DNA of 64,000 nt from Alphaproteobacteria bacterium (GTDB lineage: Bacteria; Pseudomonadota; Alphaproteobacteria; CAAHEQ01; UBA3637), in assembly GCA_017394405.1 (NCBI GenBank), contig JAFPYW010000007.1, positions 7,006-71,005 of the forward strand, written 5' to 3'. Of the stretch, positions 11,183-19,944 are shown in pieces. The notes below the pieces were generated by a model. That model was not told where the DNA came from, made no database searches, and saw nothing but the letters and a program-made list of their open reading frames with translations. The position numbers were made by a program, and so were the translations under genes. Position 1 is the stretch's first letter. Each line of letters begins with the position of its first letter.

Positions 11183-12556
11183 ATGAGAAAAAATAAAACA
11201 TTAAATGTTGTTGCCCGTTTATCCAAAATCACAGCTCGTGTTTTGGTTTTGAATATCCCTGCGGTTATTATTTTGTTAGTATTACTCCTGACACACAGAT
11301 TGTCTTGGATGTCTGCAGGAATTTCGTTGTTGGCTTTTTGGTCCATCAGTACCATTATCGTATTTTATGTGTTCAAAGATTTAGATAACTTTATGGTTTA
11401 TCTGAAAAAATTGGCGCAAGGTTTTGAGCCGGAATTACCCAAATTCCACTGGGGCATTTTTTCATCAACACGATTGACTAAAACCTTTTTGAGTGTAAAA
11501 AATTTATGGTCCAACCAATTTTTATCAGATAGTGCTATTTTGCAAAATTTACCGAATCCGATGTTGATGATTCGCCCGGATCAAAAGGTGGTCTTTGCTA
11601 ATGCAAGCGCTCAACAATTTTTCACCAAGCGCGTGATGGATAATAAATTGTCAAAATTGTTCAAAGATGACGCCTTTATGGGGGTTGTGTTGGCCGTTTT
11701 AGATGGTGATATCCCATCCAAAACTTTACCCGAGTGGGAAACAACGGATGCTAAAGGACAATTTGCAGCATTTCAGGTGAAAGTAGATAAATTGCCCGCA
11801 GAAACAAAAGATGGTGCGGTTGTGGCAATATCATTTTTTGATATCACACCATTTAAGTTGTTCAAAATTCAACAGGCCGATTTTTTTGCCAATGCCAGTC
11901 ACGAATTAAAAACACCTTTGGCTATTATTTCCGGATGTGTTGAAACATTACAAGGAGAAGCCAAAGATGATCCTGTGGCCACAAATAAATTTTTATCCAT
12001 GATTGCAGATCAAAATACCCGCATGACTGATTTGGTTCAGAAAATGTTAAAATTATCCCGATTACAAATGGATGTCCCCTTGAGCGCAAATCAAAGTTTT
12101 TCGTTAAATGATTTGATTCAAAAGGTTGTTTCAGATTTGAACGTGCGCTGTCAAACGTTGAATAAAAAAATTGTTTTCAATAAGGGCCGAAACTTACCGC
12201 TATTAAAAGGCAACAGAGATGAGTTATACCATGTTTTCCAAAACCTAACGGACAACGCATTAAAATATAGCGATGATCATTCTACAATTCGAATCACCAC
12301 ACATTTTGCCACGCCCAAAAAATCCATTGTGATTTCTGTACATAACTTTGGTAAACCGATTCCAAAAGAAAACTTGAATCGTATTTTTGATAAATTTTTC
12401 CGCGTTGATCGAGATAAAAATCATGCCGTTGAAGGTAGCGGTTTAGGATTGGGCATCGTGCAACAAATTGTGCAAAAACACAATGGTCACATTGAAGTAC
12501 AAAGCACCGAGAAAGACGGCACGACCTTTTTTGTTTATTTTCCCGTGGAAGAATAA
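11183..12556 (+). CDS. Sensor histidine kinase, PhoR-like
   Basis: Two N-terminal TM helices, an H-box (FANASHELKTPL) and an HATPase_c G-box (GSGLGLGIV). The start was set at the MRKNK Met so it does not overlap the divergent mutS start. Confidence 0.75.
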   Translation: MRKNKTLNVVARLSKITARVLVLNIPAVIILLVLLLTHRLSWMSAGISLLAFWSISTIIVFYVFKDLDNFMVYLKKLAQGFEPELPKFHWGIFSSTRLTKTFLSVKNLWSNQFLSDSAILQNLPNPMLMIRPDQKVVFANASAQQFFTKRVMDNKLSKLFKDDAFMGVVLAVLDGDIPSKTLPEWETTDAKGQFAAFQVKVDKLPAETKDGAVVAISFFDITPFKLFKIQQADFFANASHELKTPLAIISGCVETLQGEAKDDPVATNKFLSMIADQNTRMTDLVQKMLKLSRLQMDVPLSANQSFSLNDLIQKVVSDLNVRCQTLNKKIVFNKGRNLPLLKGNRDELYHVFQNLTDNALKYSDDHSTIRITTHFATPKKSIVISVHNFGKPIPKENLNRIFDKFFRVDRDKNHAVEGSGLGLGIVQQIVQKHNGHIEVQSTEKDGTTFFVYFPVEE

Positions 12557-12855
12557 CAAAACATTTCGCGCAAAATACGATTCAAGTCGTTTAATAACCC
12601 TTCTGGCAAATTGCCGATTTTTGCGCTTAAGTCTGATTTGGGTATGGTATGAATCATATCGGGGGCAATTTGACCTTGTTTCCCGCGCATTTTAACTCCC
12701 AAGCGAAACGGCAATGACCTTTCTGCTGTTGTAATCGGTGCAATCAAAAGATATGGCATTGTATCTGCCATTTCGTCCGGTGACACAATCACGCATGGTT
12801 TTTCTACGCCATGTGATTCACATAAATAAACTTCTCCACGTTTTACCATTCCCAT
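12535..12855 (-). CDS. mazF: Type II toxin, MazF/PemK-family endoribonuclease
   Basis: 106 aa with a PemK/MazF-like fold signature (VKRGEVY...VIVSPD...LLIAPITT). It overlaps the upstream antitoxin gene by 13 nt. Confidence 0.6.
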   Translation of the reverse strand: MGMVKRGEVYLCESHGVEKPCVIVSPDEMADTMPYLLIAPITTAERSLPFRLGVKMRGKQGQIAPDMIHTIPKSDLSAKIGNLPEGLLNDLNRILREMFCYSSTGK

Positions 12856-13061
12856 TCTCCTAAATATCTAAGTGGTTTTGATGTGATTTCATCTTGAATT
12901 GCTTCATGCCAGCCGGCACGCGGTTGTTTTTCAGCCGTTAAAACAACGCTTTTTCCACGCACAACCAAATCCAAATCTTCTGTGAATTCACACGCTTCAA
13001 TTACCGTTTTTGGCAAGCGAACCCCAAAAGAATTTCCTATCTTAATTAACTTTGCTTGCAT
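12843..13061 (-). CDS. mazE: Type II antitoxin, MazE/AbrB (SpoVT-AbrB) family
   Basis: 72 aa containing the swapped-hairpin motif MQAKLIKIGNSFGVRLPK. An AAGGAG ribosome-binding site lies 6 nt upstream of the ATG at 13061. Confidence 0.6.
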   Translation of the reverse strand: MQAKLIKIGNSFGVRLPKTVIEACEFTEDLDLVVRGKSVVLTAEKQPRAGWHEAIQDEITSKPLRYLGEWEW

Positions 13062-14316
13062 GTTTGTCTCCTTTGAATAATGTGGCCAAAACCATATATA
13101 ACCGACCTGGATCAGATCCAACTAAAACCCCCAACCACGGGCTGTTTTCCAGTCCCTTTGTTAAAGATTCAAACGTCGTCATATATTGATGAACCTTTTC
13201 TTGAAAAGCCGGCGTTAAAATTGCCATATCTAAAATCTTTTGGCGCTTGTTTGCTGTCAAACACGTTTTTATTTGACGCATAAACACGGCTTTATCCCCC
13301 GCATAATATTGATTCCATAATTCTTCTTCATTCTTAAATTTGAACACGCTCATCATCTCCACAGACAGCCCCTGCAACTTTCCCAAAATTTGTTGCATTT
13401 GTTCCGTGAACTGCTTGGCATCCGGCGCTGGCACCACAGATATTGATTCGGATCCTTTAGTCCCTTTGATTGTTTTCAAACGCAAATCTAGCGTTGTGCC
13501 AATTTCTTTGAACCGCATCAAAACAGCATCTGTGTCTTTTAAAAACTGCTGCATTGTATCCGTTGTTTTCATAGATTTTTCAATCTTTCTGGCATTATCA
13601 CCCAACTCTGTCACCATTTTGCCTGATTTATCTAGTGAATTTTCAATGTTCTTTTCGGCTTGTACCACGGCGTGAATGGTTTGAGCAATTTCTTCGCTTT
13701 GGGTTTGTAAAAATTTACCACTATCCACCAATTGCCCGTTGATGTCATTCGTCACACGCGCCAAAATATCAGCCTGAGTTGCCAAATACCGCCCTGCTTC
13801 GGCCGTTTGTTCTTCGGCCGTTTTGGATGCCACCCCCAATTGTTTAACAAATTCTGCCATTTGTTGAGTTTGTTTATCCATGTGGCCAATGATAGCATTC
13901 AAAGATTCAATCCATTGATTCAAGTCATCGCGCACCCGATTTGTTTGATTAGATACATCAGCAAAAGAATCCCTAAATGTTTGAATTTGTTGTTTTAATT
14001 CAGAATTTAGCGATTGAACATGCTTTGCCCCAAGGTCTGACGGATAAACCAACTCCTCTAAATAATTTCGGATGGATTGCATTTCCAAGGCCGCCATTTT
14101 ATTCCGATCTAAATACACGCCTAATAAAAAGAATACAGCAACTGGGAACGCTAACGCACTGATTTGAATAACAAATTCAGCCGGCGTCAAATCCGGAAAA
14201 CGAGTAATCCAACCAAAAGTGAAGCATCCAAACAACGCTATACAGGCCCACAAACAGGATAAACCGATAAAAACGGTACGGCCAATCCAAACAATTTGTC
14301 CTTTCTTTTTAACCAT
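13042..14316 (-). CDS. Hypothetical membrane-anchored coiled-coil protein (2 N-terminal TM helices plus a long helical region)
   Basis: 424 aa. A strong ribosome-binding site (AAGGAGG) and a TTGACA-17-TAGAAT promoter lie upstream. Its stop overlaps the mazE start, which suggests a tricistronic operon. Confidence 0.5.
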   Translation of the reverse strand: MVKKKGQIVWIGRTVFIGLSCLWACIALFGCFTFGWITRFPDLTPAEFVIQISALAFPVAVFFLLGVYLDRNKMAALEMQSIRNYLEELVYPSDLGAKHVQSLNSELKQQIQTFRDSFADVSNQTNRVRDDLNQWIESLNAIIGHMDKQTQQMAEFVKQLGVASKTAEEQTAEAGRYLATQADILARVTNDINGQLVDSGKFLQTQSEEIAQTIHAVVQAEKNIENSLDKSGKMVTELGDNARKIEKSMKTTDTMQQFLKDTDAVLMRFKEIGTTLDLRLKTIKGTKGSESISVVPAPDAKQFTEQMQQILGKLQGLSVEMMSVFKFKNEEELWNQYYAGDKAVFMRQIKTCLTANKRQKILDMAILTPAFQEKVHQYMTTFESLTKGLENSPWLGVLVGSDPGRLYMVLATLFKGDKHASKVN

Positions 14317-14337
14317 TTATGACCTCCTTTTACACTT

Positions 14338-14366
14338 ATTCTAACCCTATCAAAAATAAATGTCAA
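14338..14366 (-). promoter_or_regulatory. Sigma70-like promoter (TTGACA-17-TAGAAT) for the membrane-protein/mazEF operon
   Basis: Read on the minus strand: TTGACA (complement of 14361-14366), a 17-nt spacer, and TAGAAT (complement of 14338-14343). Confidence 0.45.
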
Positions 14367-14535
14367 CAAAAAATATTACATTGTAATTACTTCCACTTTT
14401 TTAATATTAGAGAAATAAAAATAATTATCTGATTTTATTGTATTTTTATATGTAATTACTTTGTAATTTTATCTAGATCGTCTTTTTGGGCGTTCGTGAT
14501 AATTGCCTTAGGGGCGCCATGATGCCTGAACCACG

Positions 14536-15309
14536 TCATTGCCGTTTAGCATACTGACGCGTTGCCGTCACCACTAAATTTTCCATTTCTTCTTTTGAAA
14601 TTTCTTTTTTAATATAAGATGTTATAGCATTCAAACCAATGGCTTTCAAAACGCCGCCAGTTGGTTTTTTCTTCATCAAATCAACCACTTCAGCCACCAC
14701 ACCCATTTGCATCATTATACCAAAACGATCTGCACAATTTTGATAAACCACTTCTCGATCTGGCAACACTTGAATTTCATAAAAATCTGCATCCAAGTAT
14801 TTGATTTTCTTTAATTTTTGAAAATAAGAAAGGGGGCGCCCCGTCGTCCGCTGCACCTCCAGCGCGCGTCTCAGCCGTTGCGGATCCGAAAACCGACAAT
14901 CCTTCACCTCTGCACAAACCTCTTCCAATGGCATTTCGCGCACTTCGTTTCTGATTTCAGTTGGAATATCAGGAATCGGGCTGATACCATTTACCAACGC
15001 ATCCAGATACATTCCTGTTCCTCCAACAATAATGGGGTTATTCAATTTTGGAACAATATCAGCTACTTGTTGTAACCAATCAGTAATACTGGGAGTAGTC
15101 CACGCATCCACATAACCGAACAAATGGTGTGGAACCAAGGCCTCATCTTCAACAGATGGTCGTGCAGATAAAATACACAAATCTTGATAAACTTGGATTG
15201 CATCACCATTAACGATTTCACCTCGCAACTTTTGAGCCAAGCGAATGGCTAGCGCTGATTTTCCACTGGCGGTCGGTCCACCGATTACAAAAACCTTTTG
15301 TTTTTTCAT
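14536..15309 (-). CDS. miaA: tRNA dimethylallyltransferase
   Basis: 257 aa with a P-loop (GPTASGKS) and a MiaA N-terminus. It is somewhat short for MiaA. Confidence 0.8.
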   Translation of the reverse strand: MKKQKVFVIGGPTASGKSALAIRLAQKLRGEIVNGDAIQVYQDLCILSARPSVEDEALVPHHLFGYVDAWTTPSITDWLQQVADIVPKLNNPIIVGGTGMYLDALVNGISPIPDIPTEIRNEVREMPLEEVCAEVKDCRFSDPQRLRRALEVQRTTGRPLSYFQKLKKIKYLDADFYEIQVLPDREVVYQNCADRFGIMMQMGVVAEVVDLMKKKPTGGVLKAIGLNAITSYIKKEISKEEMENLVVTATRQYAKRQ

Positions 15310-15400
15310 AAAATCATTGTATCATAAAAAGAGGGTTAAAACCAGTCTTTTTTCTTGTTTTTTTATAAAAAGAAGGTTATACTTTTATCAGGAGTAAATT

Positions 15401-15865
15401 ATGAAAAAATTATATTTCACCTGTTTGTTTTTATTGTTGTCCGCCTGTCAGGTTTATCCATTATACGGTACACAGGTTTATAAAAATGTGTGTGTAGAAT
15501 CCATTCCGGACGCATCTGGCTTTATCTTGTTCCAAGAATTAAAACGATTCTTTCCTGATACTAGTGATTGTAAATATACATTGAAATCTCAAACGCCAAC
15601 AGTGGCCTATTCCGACCAAGGCCTTTCGGATAGCGACTTTACAACCATGCAACGGATTACTGCGCGGGCTGATTTTTCTTTGTTAGATACCAACAAAAAA
15701 GCCATCTTAAAAAAGACAGCAACAACCATCGGTTCTTCCGCTGTTGTTGCCAACCCGTATTCCACGGTTGTTGCGGCAGAAACAGTAGAAAAGAACTTGT
15801 ATAAATCATTGGCTGAAAAAATTGCACTGCATGTTTCGGCCTTCCTGCGTAAGGAAGAAAAGTGA
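15401..15865 (+). CDS. lptE: Lipoprotein, probable LPS-assembly lipoprotein LptE
   Basis: Lipobox LLSAC, about 150 aa, and located immediately upstream of holA, which is the conserved lptE-holA linkage. Confidence 0.45.
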   Translation: MKKLYFTCLFLLLSACQVYPLYGTQVYKNVCVESIPDASGFILFQELKRFFPDTSDCKYTLKSQTPTVAYSDQGLSDSDFTTMQRITARADFSLLDTNKKAILKKTATTIGSSAVVANPYSTVVAAETVEKNLYKSLAEKIALHVSAFLRKEEK

Positions 15866-16887
15866 AAGCCAAATCCGTTCAAATCAATGCATTAAAATCA
15901 CAACTTCAAAAAGATTTTGATGCTGTTGTTTTGTACGGAAACGATCCTGGAGAATTAAACCATACCTTTATTCAGATAAAACGTATTTTGAATATACCAA
16001 ATGATGCCTTTCATTTAATTACCCCTTCAAAAGAAGATTTGAAAAAAACACCTTTTTTAGCAACAGATGAAGCCAATACACCGTCTTTAATTGCAGGAAA
16101 ACGTTTTATTGTTATTGGAGAGGATGTTCCCTTTGATAAAGCCGCTTTGTTGCATTTTTTAGAAAATAAAAAAACAGACGCCTTTCTAATTGTTCAAGGT
16201 GGCAATTTAACTAAAACAAACTCTTTGCGGGTTGAGGCTGACAAAAATCCTCACGTATTATCATTGGCTTGTTATCAACCATCAGAAAAAGATATTCAAA
16301 AAATGGTGATGACGTTCTTTTATGAAAACAAAAAAACAATATCCCAGTCCGTTTTGTCAGAATTGTGTAAAAAAATATCTTTTAATCAACAAGTTGTTTT
16401 ACAAGAACTGGAAAAATTATTATTGTTTTTGGGTGATAAACCAGATATCAGTTTGGCAGATGTTCAGGCTGTTTTAACAGACGGCGCCGAAACAAATTTA
16501 GAAAATTTAAGTGTTGCGTTAGCAAACGGAAACATTGAACAAACATCAAGGTTATTAAATATCTTCCTATCACAAAACGAGCCCGCCACCCTTTTATTTA
16601 AGGCTGTGCGTGATTATTTTGGGCTTTTATTAAAAATTGTTTCGGACGAAAATGGGCCCACTTTTGCTATTGATAAAAACTTGCGTCCAGATCAAAAGTT
16701 CAGAATATCGGACGCAATTTTAACACAGGCAAAAAGATGGGCGCCGGAGAATATTTTATTTATTTTGGATAAAATACTTCAACTAGAAATCAAAACCAGA
16801 ACAACTGGCCTTATTCCAGAAACAATGATTTCCCATTCTTTTTTAAGTATGGCGTCCTTTGCTAAAAAATTACCCGTTTTGCGTTAG
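15862..16887 (+). CDS. holA: DNA polymerase III delta subunit
   Basis: 341 aa. The size and its position after lptE fit HolA, but sequence similarity is weak. Confidence 0.55.
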   Translation: MKAKSVQINALKSQLQKDFDAVVLYGNDPGELNHTFIQIKRILNIPNDAFHLITPSKEDLKKTPFLATDEANTPSLIAGKRFIVIGEDVPFDKAALLHFLENKKTDAFLIVQGGNLTKTNSLRVEADKNPHVLSLACYQPSEKDIQKMVMTFFYENKKTISQSVLSELCKKISFNQQVVLQELEKLLLFLGDKPDISLADVQAVLTDGAETNLENLSVALANGNIEQTSRLLNIFLSQNEPATLLFKAVRDYFGLLLKIVSDENGPTFAIDKNLRPDQKFRISDAILTQAKRWAPENILFILDKILQLEIKTRTTGLIPETMISHSFLSMASFAKKLPVLR

Positions 16888-17748
16888 TTTTTGTAAAATA
16901 GAATCCAATTTTCCTAAACTATCATAATGAATGGTTATACATCCCTTTTTGCCATTCCATTTGATACCGACCTGCGCCCCCAACATATTAGATAAATCTT
17001 TTTCCAAAGCAACAACATCTCTATCTTTTTCGGCGCCCCCAGATTTTGTTTTATTTTTTGGTGTTGCAACTAAGCGTTCTGTTTCACGAACACTCAACCC
17101 TTTTTTTATAATTTCTTTTGCTAATTTTTCAGGATTTTCAACACCTAACAAACTACGAGCATGACCGACTGTCATTTGTTTTTCGGCCAACATTTTTTGG
17201 ACTTTATCAGGTAATTCCAATAAACGCATCATATTGGCCACATAACTACGACTTTTTCCAACAACACGAGATAATTCTTCCTGTGTATAATGAAATTCAT
17301 CCAAAAGACGGCGGTACGCTTCAGCTTCCTCAATCGCATTCAAATCTTCGCGTTGCAGGTTTTCAACCAAAGCCACTTCCAATGCGGCTTTGTCATCAAA
17401 ATTTTTAATAATAACAGGGATTTGTGTCAAACCCGCCTTTTGAGAAGCACGGAAACGACGCTCACCTGCAATAATTTCATATTCGCCCTTTTTCTTTGGA
17501 TTCGGGCGCACCAATAAGGGTTGTAACACACCCTTTTCACGAATAGATTCCACCAAATCATTTAAGGCATGTGGATCAAAAACGCGCCGTGGTTGATAAG
17601 GGCTTGGGACTAATGTGTCCAGCATCACCATGACGATTTTATCTAAAATATTCTCAGTTAAAACAGCCCCCTCCGCCGGGTTTAACACAGGCAAATCATC
17701 ACCCATTAAAGCGCTTAAACCTTTACCTAAACCTAGATTTTTATCCAT
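16870..17748 (-). CDS. parB: Chromosome partitioning protein ParB
   Basis: 292 aa with the ParB box (GERRFRA) and an HTH motif. Confidence 0.9.
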   Translation of the reverse strand: MDKNLGLGKGLSALMGDDLPVLNPAEGAVLTENILDKIVMVMLDTLVPSPYQPRRVFDPHALNDLVESIREKGVLQPLLVRPNPKKKGEYEIIAGERRFRASQKAGLTQIPVIIKNFDDKAALEVALVENLQREDLNAIEEAEAYRRLLDEFHYTQEELSRVVGKSRSYVANMMRLLELPDKVQKMLAEKQMTVGHARSLLGVENPEKLAKEIIKKGLSVRETERLVATPKNKTKSGGAEKDRDVVALEKDLSNMLGAQVGIKWNGKKGCITIHYDSLGKLDSILQKLTQNG

Positions 17749-18523
17749 TTTTAACCTCCTTTTCTCTGTCTAATACTTCTTTTGCCAAGCGCACATAACT
17801 TTGCGCCCCTACACTTCTAAAATCATATAACATCACCGGTTTTCCGTGTGACGGAGCTTCTGGTATACGCACGTTCCGTGGCACAATTGTTTCAAAAACA
17901 AGTGGTCCAAAATAATTTCGCACATCTTGAACGACGGATTTTGATAAGTTGGAACGCCCATCAAACATGGTCATACAAATTCCTTTTATTTTCAAATTTG
18001 GATTAAAGTTTCTTCTAACTTTTTCAATGGTTTTTAACAAATCTGCTACTCCTTCCAACGCCAAATATTCACATTGAATTGGGATAATCACATCTGTTGC
18101 AGCCACCAAAGCGTTCATGGTTAGCATCCCAACCGCTGGCGGACAATCAAAAAAGATATAATCAAAATCGTCTAATTGACTTACTGCGCTCTTCAAAAAG
18201 AATTGACATCTATCTACAGAAGCCAATTCCAAATCAACACCTAATAATTCTTGACTAGCAGGCAAAATATATAAATAAGGAATACCTGTTTCCAATAAAC
18301 TCTCTGAAATTTGATCACGCCCCATTAAAACGCTATACGAACTTTTTCCACCCATTTGGCGCTTCAAACCCAAACTTGTTGTTGCATTTCCTTGAGGATC
18401 CAGATCGACAATTAAAATCTTTTTTCTAAGTGCAGATAATGCTGTTGCCAAATTCACAACGGTTGTTGTTTTTCCAACGCCACCTTTTTGATTAGAAACA
18501 GCAAAAATTGTCGGTTTATTCAT
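17741..18523 (-). CDS. parA: Chromosome partitioning ATPase ParA/Soj
   Basis: 260 aa with a deviant Walker A motif (NQKGGVGKTT). Confidence 0.9.
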   Translation of the reverse strand: MNKPTIFAVSNQKGGVGKTTTVVNLATALSALRKKILIVDLDPQGNATTSLGLKRQMGGKSSYSVLMGRDQISESLLETGIPYLYILPASQELLGVDLELASVDRCQFFLKSAVSQLDDFDYIFFDCPPAVGMLTMNALVAATDVIIPIQCEYLALEGVADLLKTIEKVRRNFNPNLKIKGICMTMFDGRSNLSKSVVQDVRNYFGPLVFETIVPRNVRIPEAPSHGKPVMLYDFRSVGAQSYVRLAKEVLDREKEVKNG

Positions 18524-19133
18524 AATGAACCCCCTTTATTTTTAAGATACATCCTTCATTATTTATTACATTTGTAATTTTTTCACAATCAAATGGATTG
18601 GTTACATTTTCTATCTCTTTATCAACGTTTTTCCCTTTAGGGAATAACAAAAATGTTTCACGTGAAACATTTTTTTGAATCAACCGGAAAAGATCTTTTA
18701 ACGGCGCCAAAGCACGTGCCGTAATAACATCTGGTTTTAATGAAATATTTTCAATTCTATCACGAATTATTTCAATATTTAAGGAAAGATTTCTTTTACA
18801 TTCTTCTAAAAATAAACTCTTTTTCAGGTCAGATTCAACTAATACAATTCGATTTAGCGGACCTTTTAATTCTTGATTCAAAATAGCAATTACAACAGCT
18901 GGTAATCCACCACCACTTCCAACATCCATTAAAAATTGTTGATTAGAATCCAATAAAAAATAAAGTTGAGCAGAATCTAAAATATGTCTGTCCCAAATAT
19001 CTTTAATTGTATTTTCTGAAATTAAATTGACAGATTTTTGCCACTTCAATAACAACTGAACATAGTGCTCCAACAAAGGTTTTGCTGGTTTTATTTTATT
19101 TTCTAATTCAGTTTTGTTAAGCGTCATTATCAT
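18516..19133 (-). CDS. rsmG: 16S rRNA (guanine527-N7)-methyltransferase RsmG (GidB)
   Basis: 205 aa with a SAM-binding motif (DVGSGGGLP) and the conserved position upstream of parAB. Confidence 0.85.
   Translation of the reverse strand: MIMTLNKTELENKIKPAKPLLEHYVQLLLKWQKSVNLISENTIKDIWDRHILDSAQLYFLLDSNQQFLMDVGSGGGLPAVVIAILNQELKGPLNRIVLVESDLKKSLFLEECKRNLSLNIEIIRDRIENISLKPDVITARALAPLKDLFRLIQKNVSRETFLLFPKGKNVDKEIENVTNPFDCEKITNVINNEGCILKIKGVHYE
18653..18672. repeat. Palindromic repeat copy 1 (AATGTTTCACGTGAAACATT), in-frame within rsmG
   Basis: A perfect 20-bp palindrome that encodes NVSRET in RsmG. Confidence 0.7.
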
Positions 19134-19206
19134 CCTTTTGTGGTGATTAAACTTTTTTCATTATACTTAACAAATTATTAAATGCAAGATTTTTTTTATA
19201 ATAAAA

Positions 19207-19226
19207 TCGTTTCACGTGAAACAATT
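19207..19226. repeat. Palindromic repeat copy 2 (core GTTTCACGTGAAAC), intergenic between rsmG and dnaQ
   Basis: A perfect 14-bp palindromic core at 19209-19222, identical to the cores of copies 1 and 3. Confidence 0.7.
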
Positions 19227-19236
19227 TTTAATTTTT

Positions 19237-19944
19237 TTATTGTTTTTCAGATTGTTCTATATTCGAACTTGTCCATAAATTATTTTTTATTTTTTCAATA
19301 AATACCTGGTGTGCAGCAATTTCTTCTTCTGAAATTTTGAATTCCCTTGGTGGTAATGTTTCACGTGAAACATTTTTATTTTTTACAATTTTTTCTTTCT
19401 TTTCAATTGGTTGAAATTTTAACTCTTTATCTAAAATCATCCCAAGATAGACATCAACCAATAATTCGCTATCTAATAAAGCACCATGTACCGTTCTGCG
19501 AGAAGAATCAACATTAAACCTTTTACATAAAGCATCCAAATTGGCCGGCGCTCCTGGATATTTTCTTCTAGCCATTATTAAAGTATCGACAGCACGATCC
19601 ATACTCAAACAAGATTTACCAGCTTTTTTTAACTCCATATTCAAAAATTTCATATCAAATGGAGCATTATGAATTACCAGCTTATCATCTGGATTTGAAC
19701 CAATAAATTCCAAAAAATCATCAGCAATATCTGCAAATTTTGGTTTATCTGCCAAAAATTCATTTGTCAATCCGTGAATATTGATCACTTCTTGATCCAT
19801 TTGGCGTTCAGGATTTATATAAACTTGGTACCTGCGTCCGGTAGGTCTGTGATCAATCAGTTCTATACAGCCGATGTCAACAATCCTGTCACCACCATCA
19901 GCATTTGTACCTGTTGTTTCAGTATCTAATACAATTTCTCTCAT
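19237..19944 (-). CDS. dnaQ: DNA polymerase III epsilon subunit (3'-5' exonuclease)
   Basis: 235 aa with the Exo I motif (DTETTG) and DEDDh-family features. Confidence 0.85.
   Translation of the reverse strand: MREIVLDTETTGTNADGGDRIVDIGCIELIDHRPTGRRYQVYINPERQMDQEVINIHGLTNEFLADKPKFADIADDFLEFIGSNPDDKLVIHNAPFDMKFLNMELKKAGKSCLSMDRAVDTLIMARRKYPGAPANLDALCKRFNVDSSRRTVHGALLDSELLVDVYLGMILDKELKFQPIEKKEKIVKNKNVSRETLPPREFKISEEEIAAHQVFIEKIKNNLWTSSNIEQSEKQ
19359..19378. repeat. Palindromic repeat copy 3 (AATGTTTCACGTGAAACATT), in-frame within dnaQ
   Basis: A perfect 20-bp palindrome that encodes NVSRET in the DnaQ C-terminal region, in the same frame as copy 1. Confidence 0.7.

Noticed and set aside
14317-14535. 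Non-coding RNA in the 219-bp AT-rich gap downstream of miaA
   Set aside because: The sequence is very A/T-rich with no convincing stable stems. It is better explained as a promoter and operator region carrying the GTAATTAC motifs.
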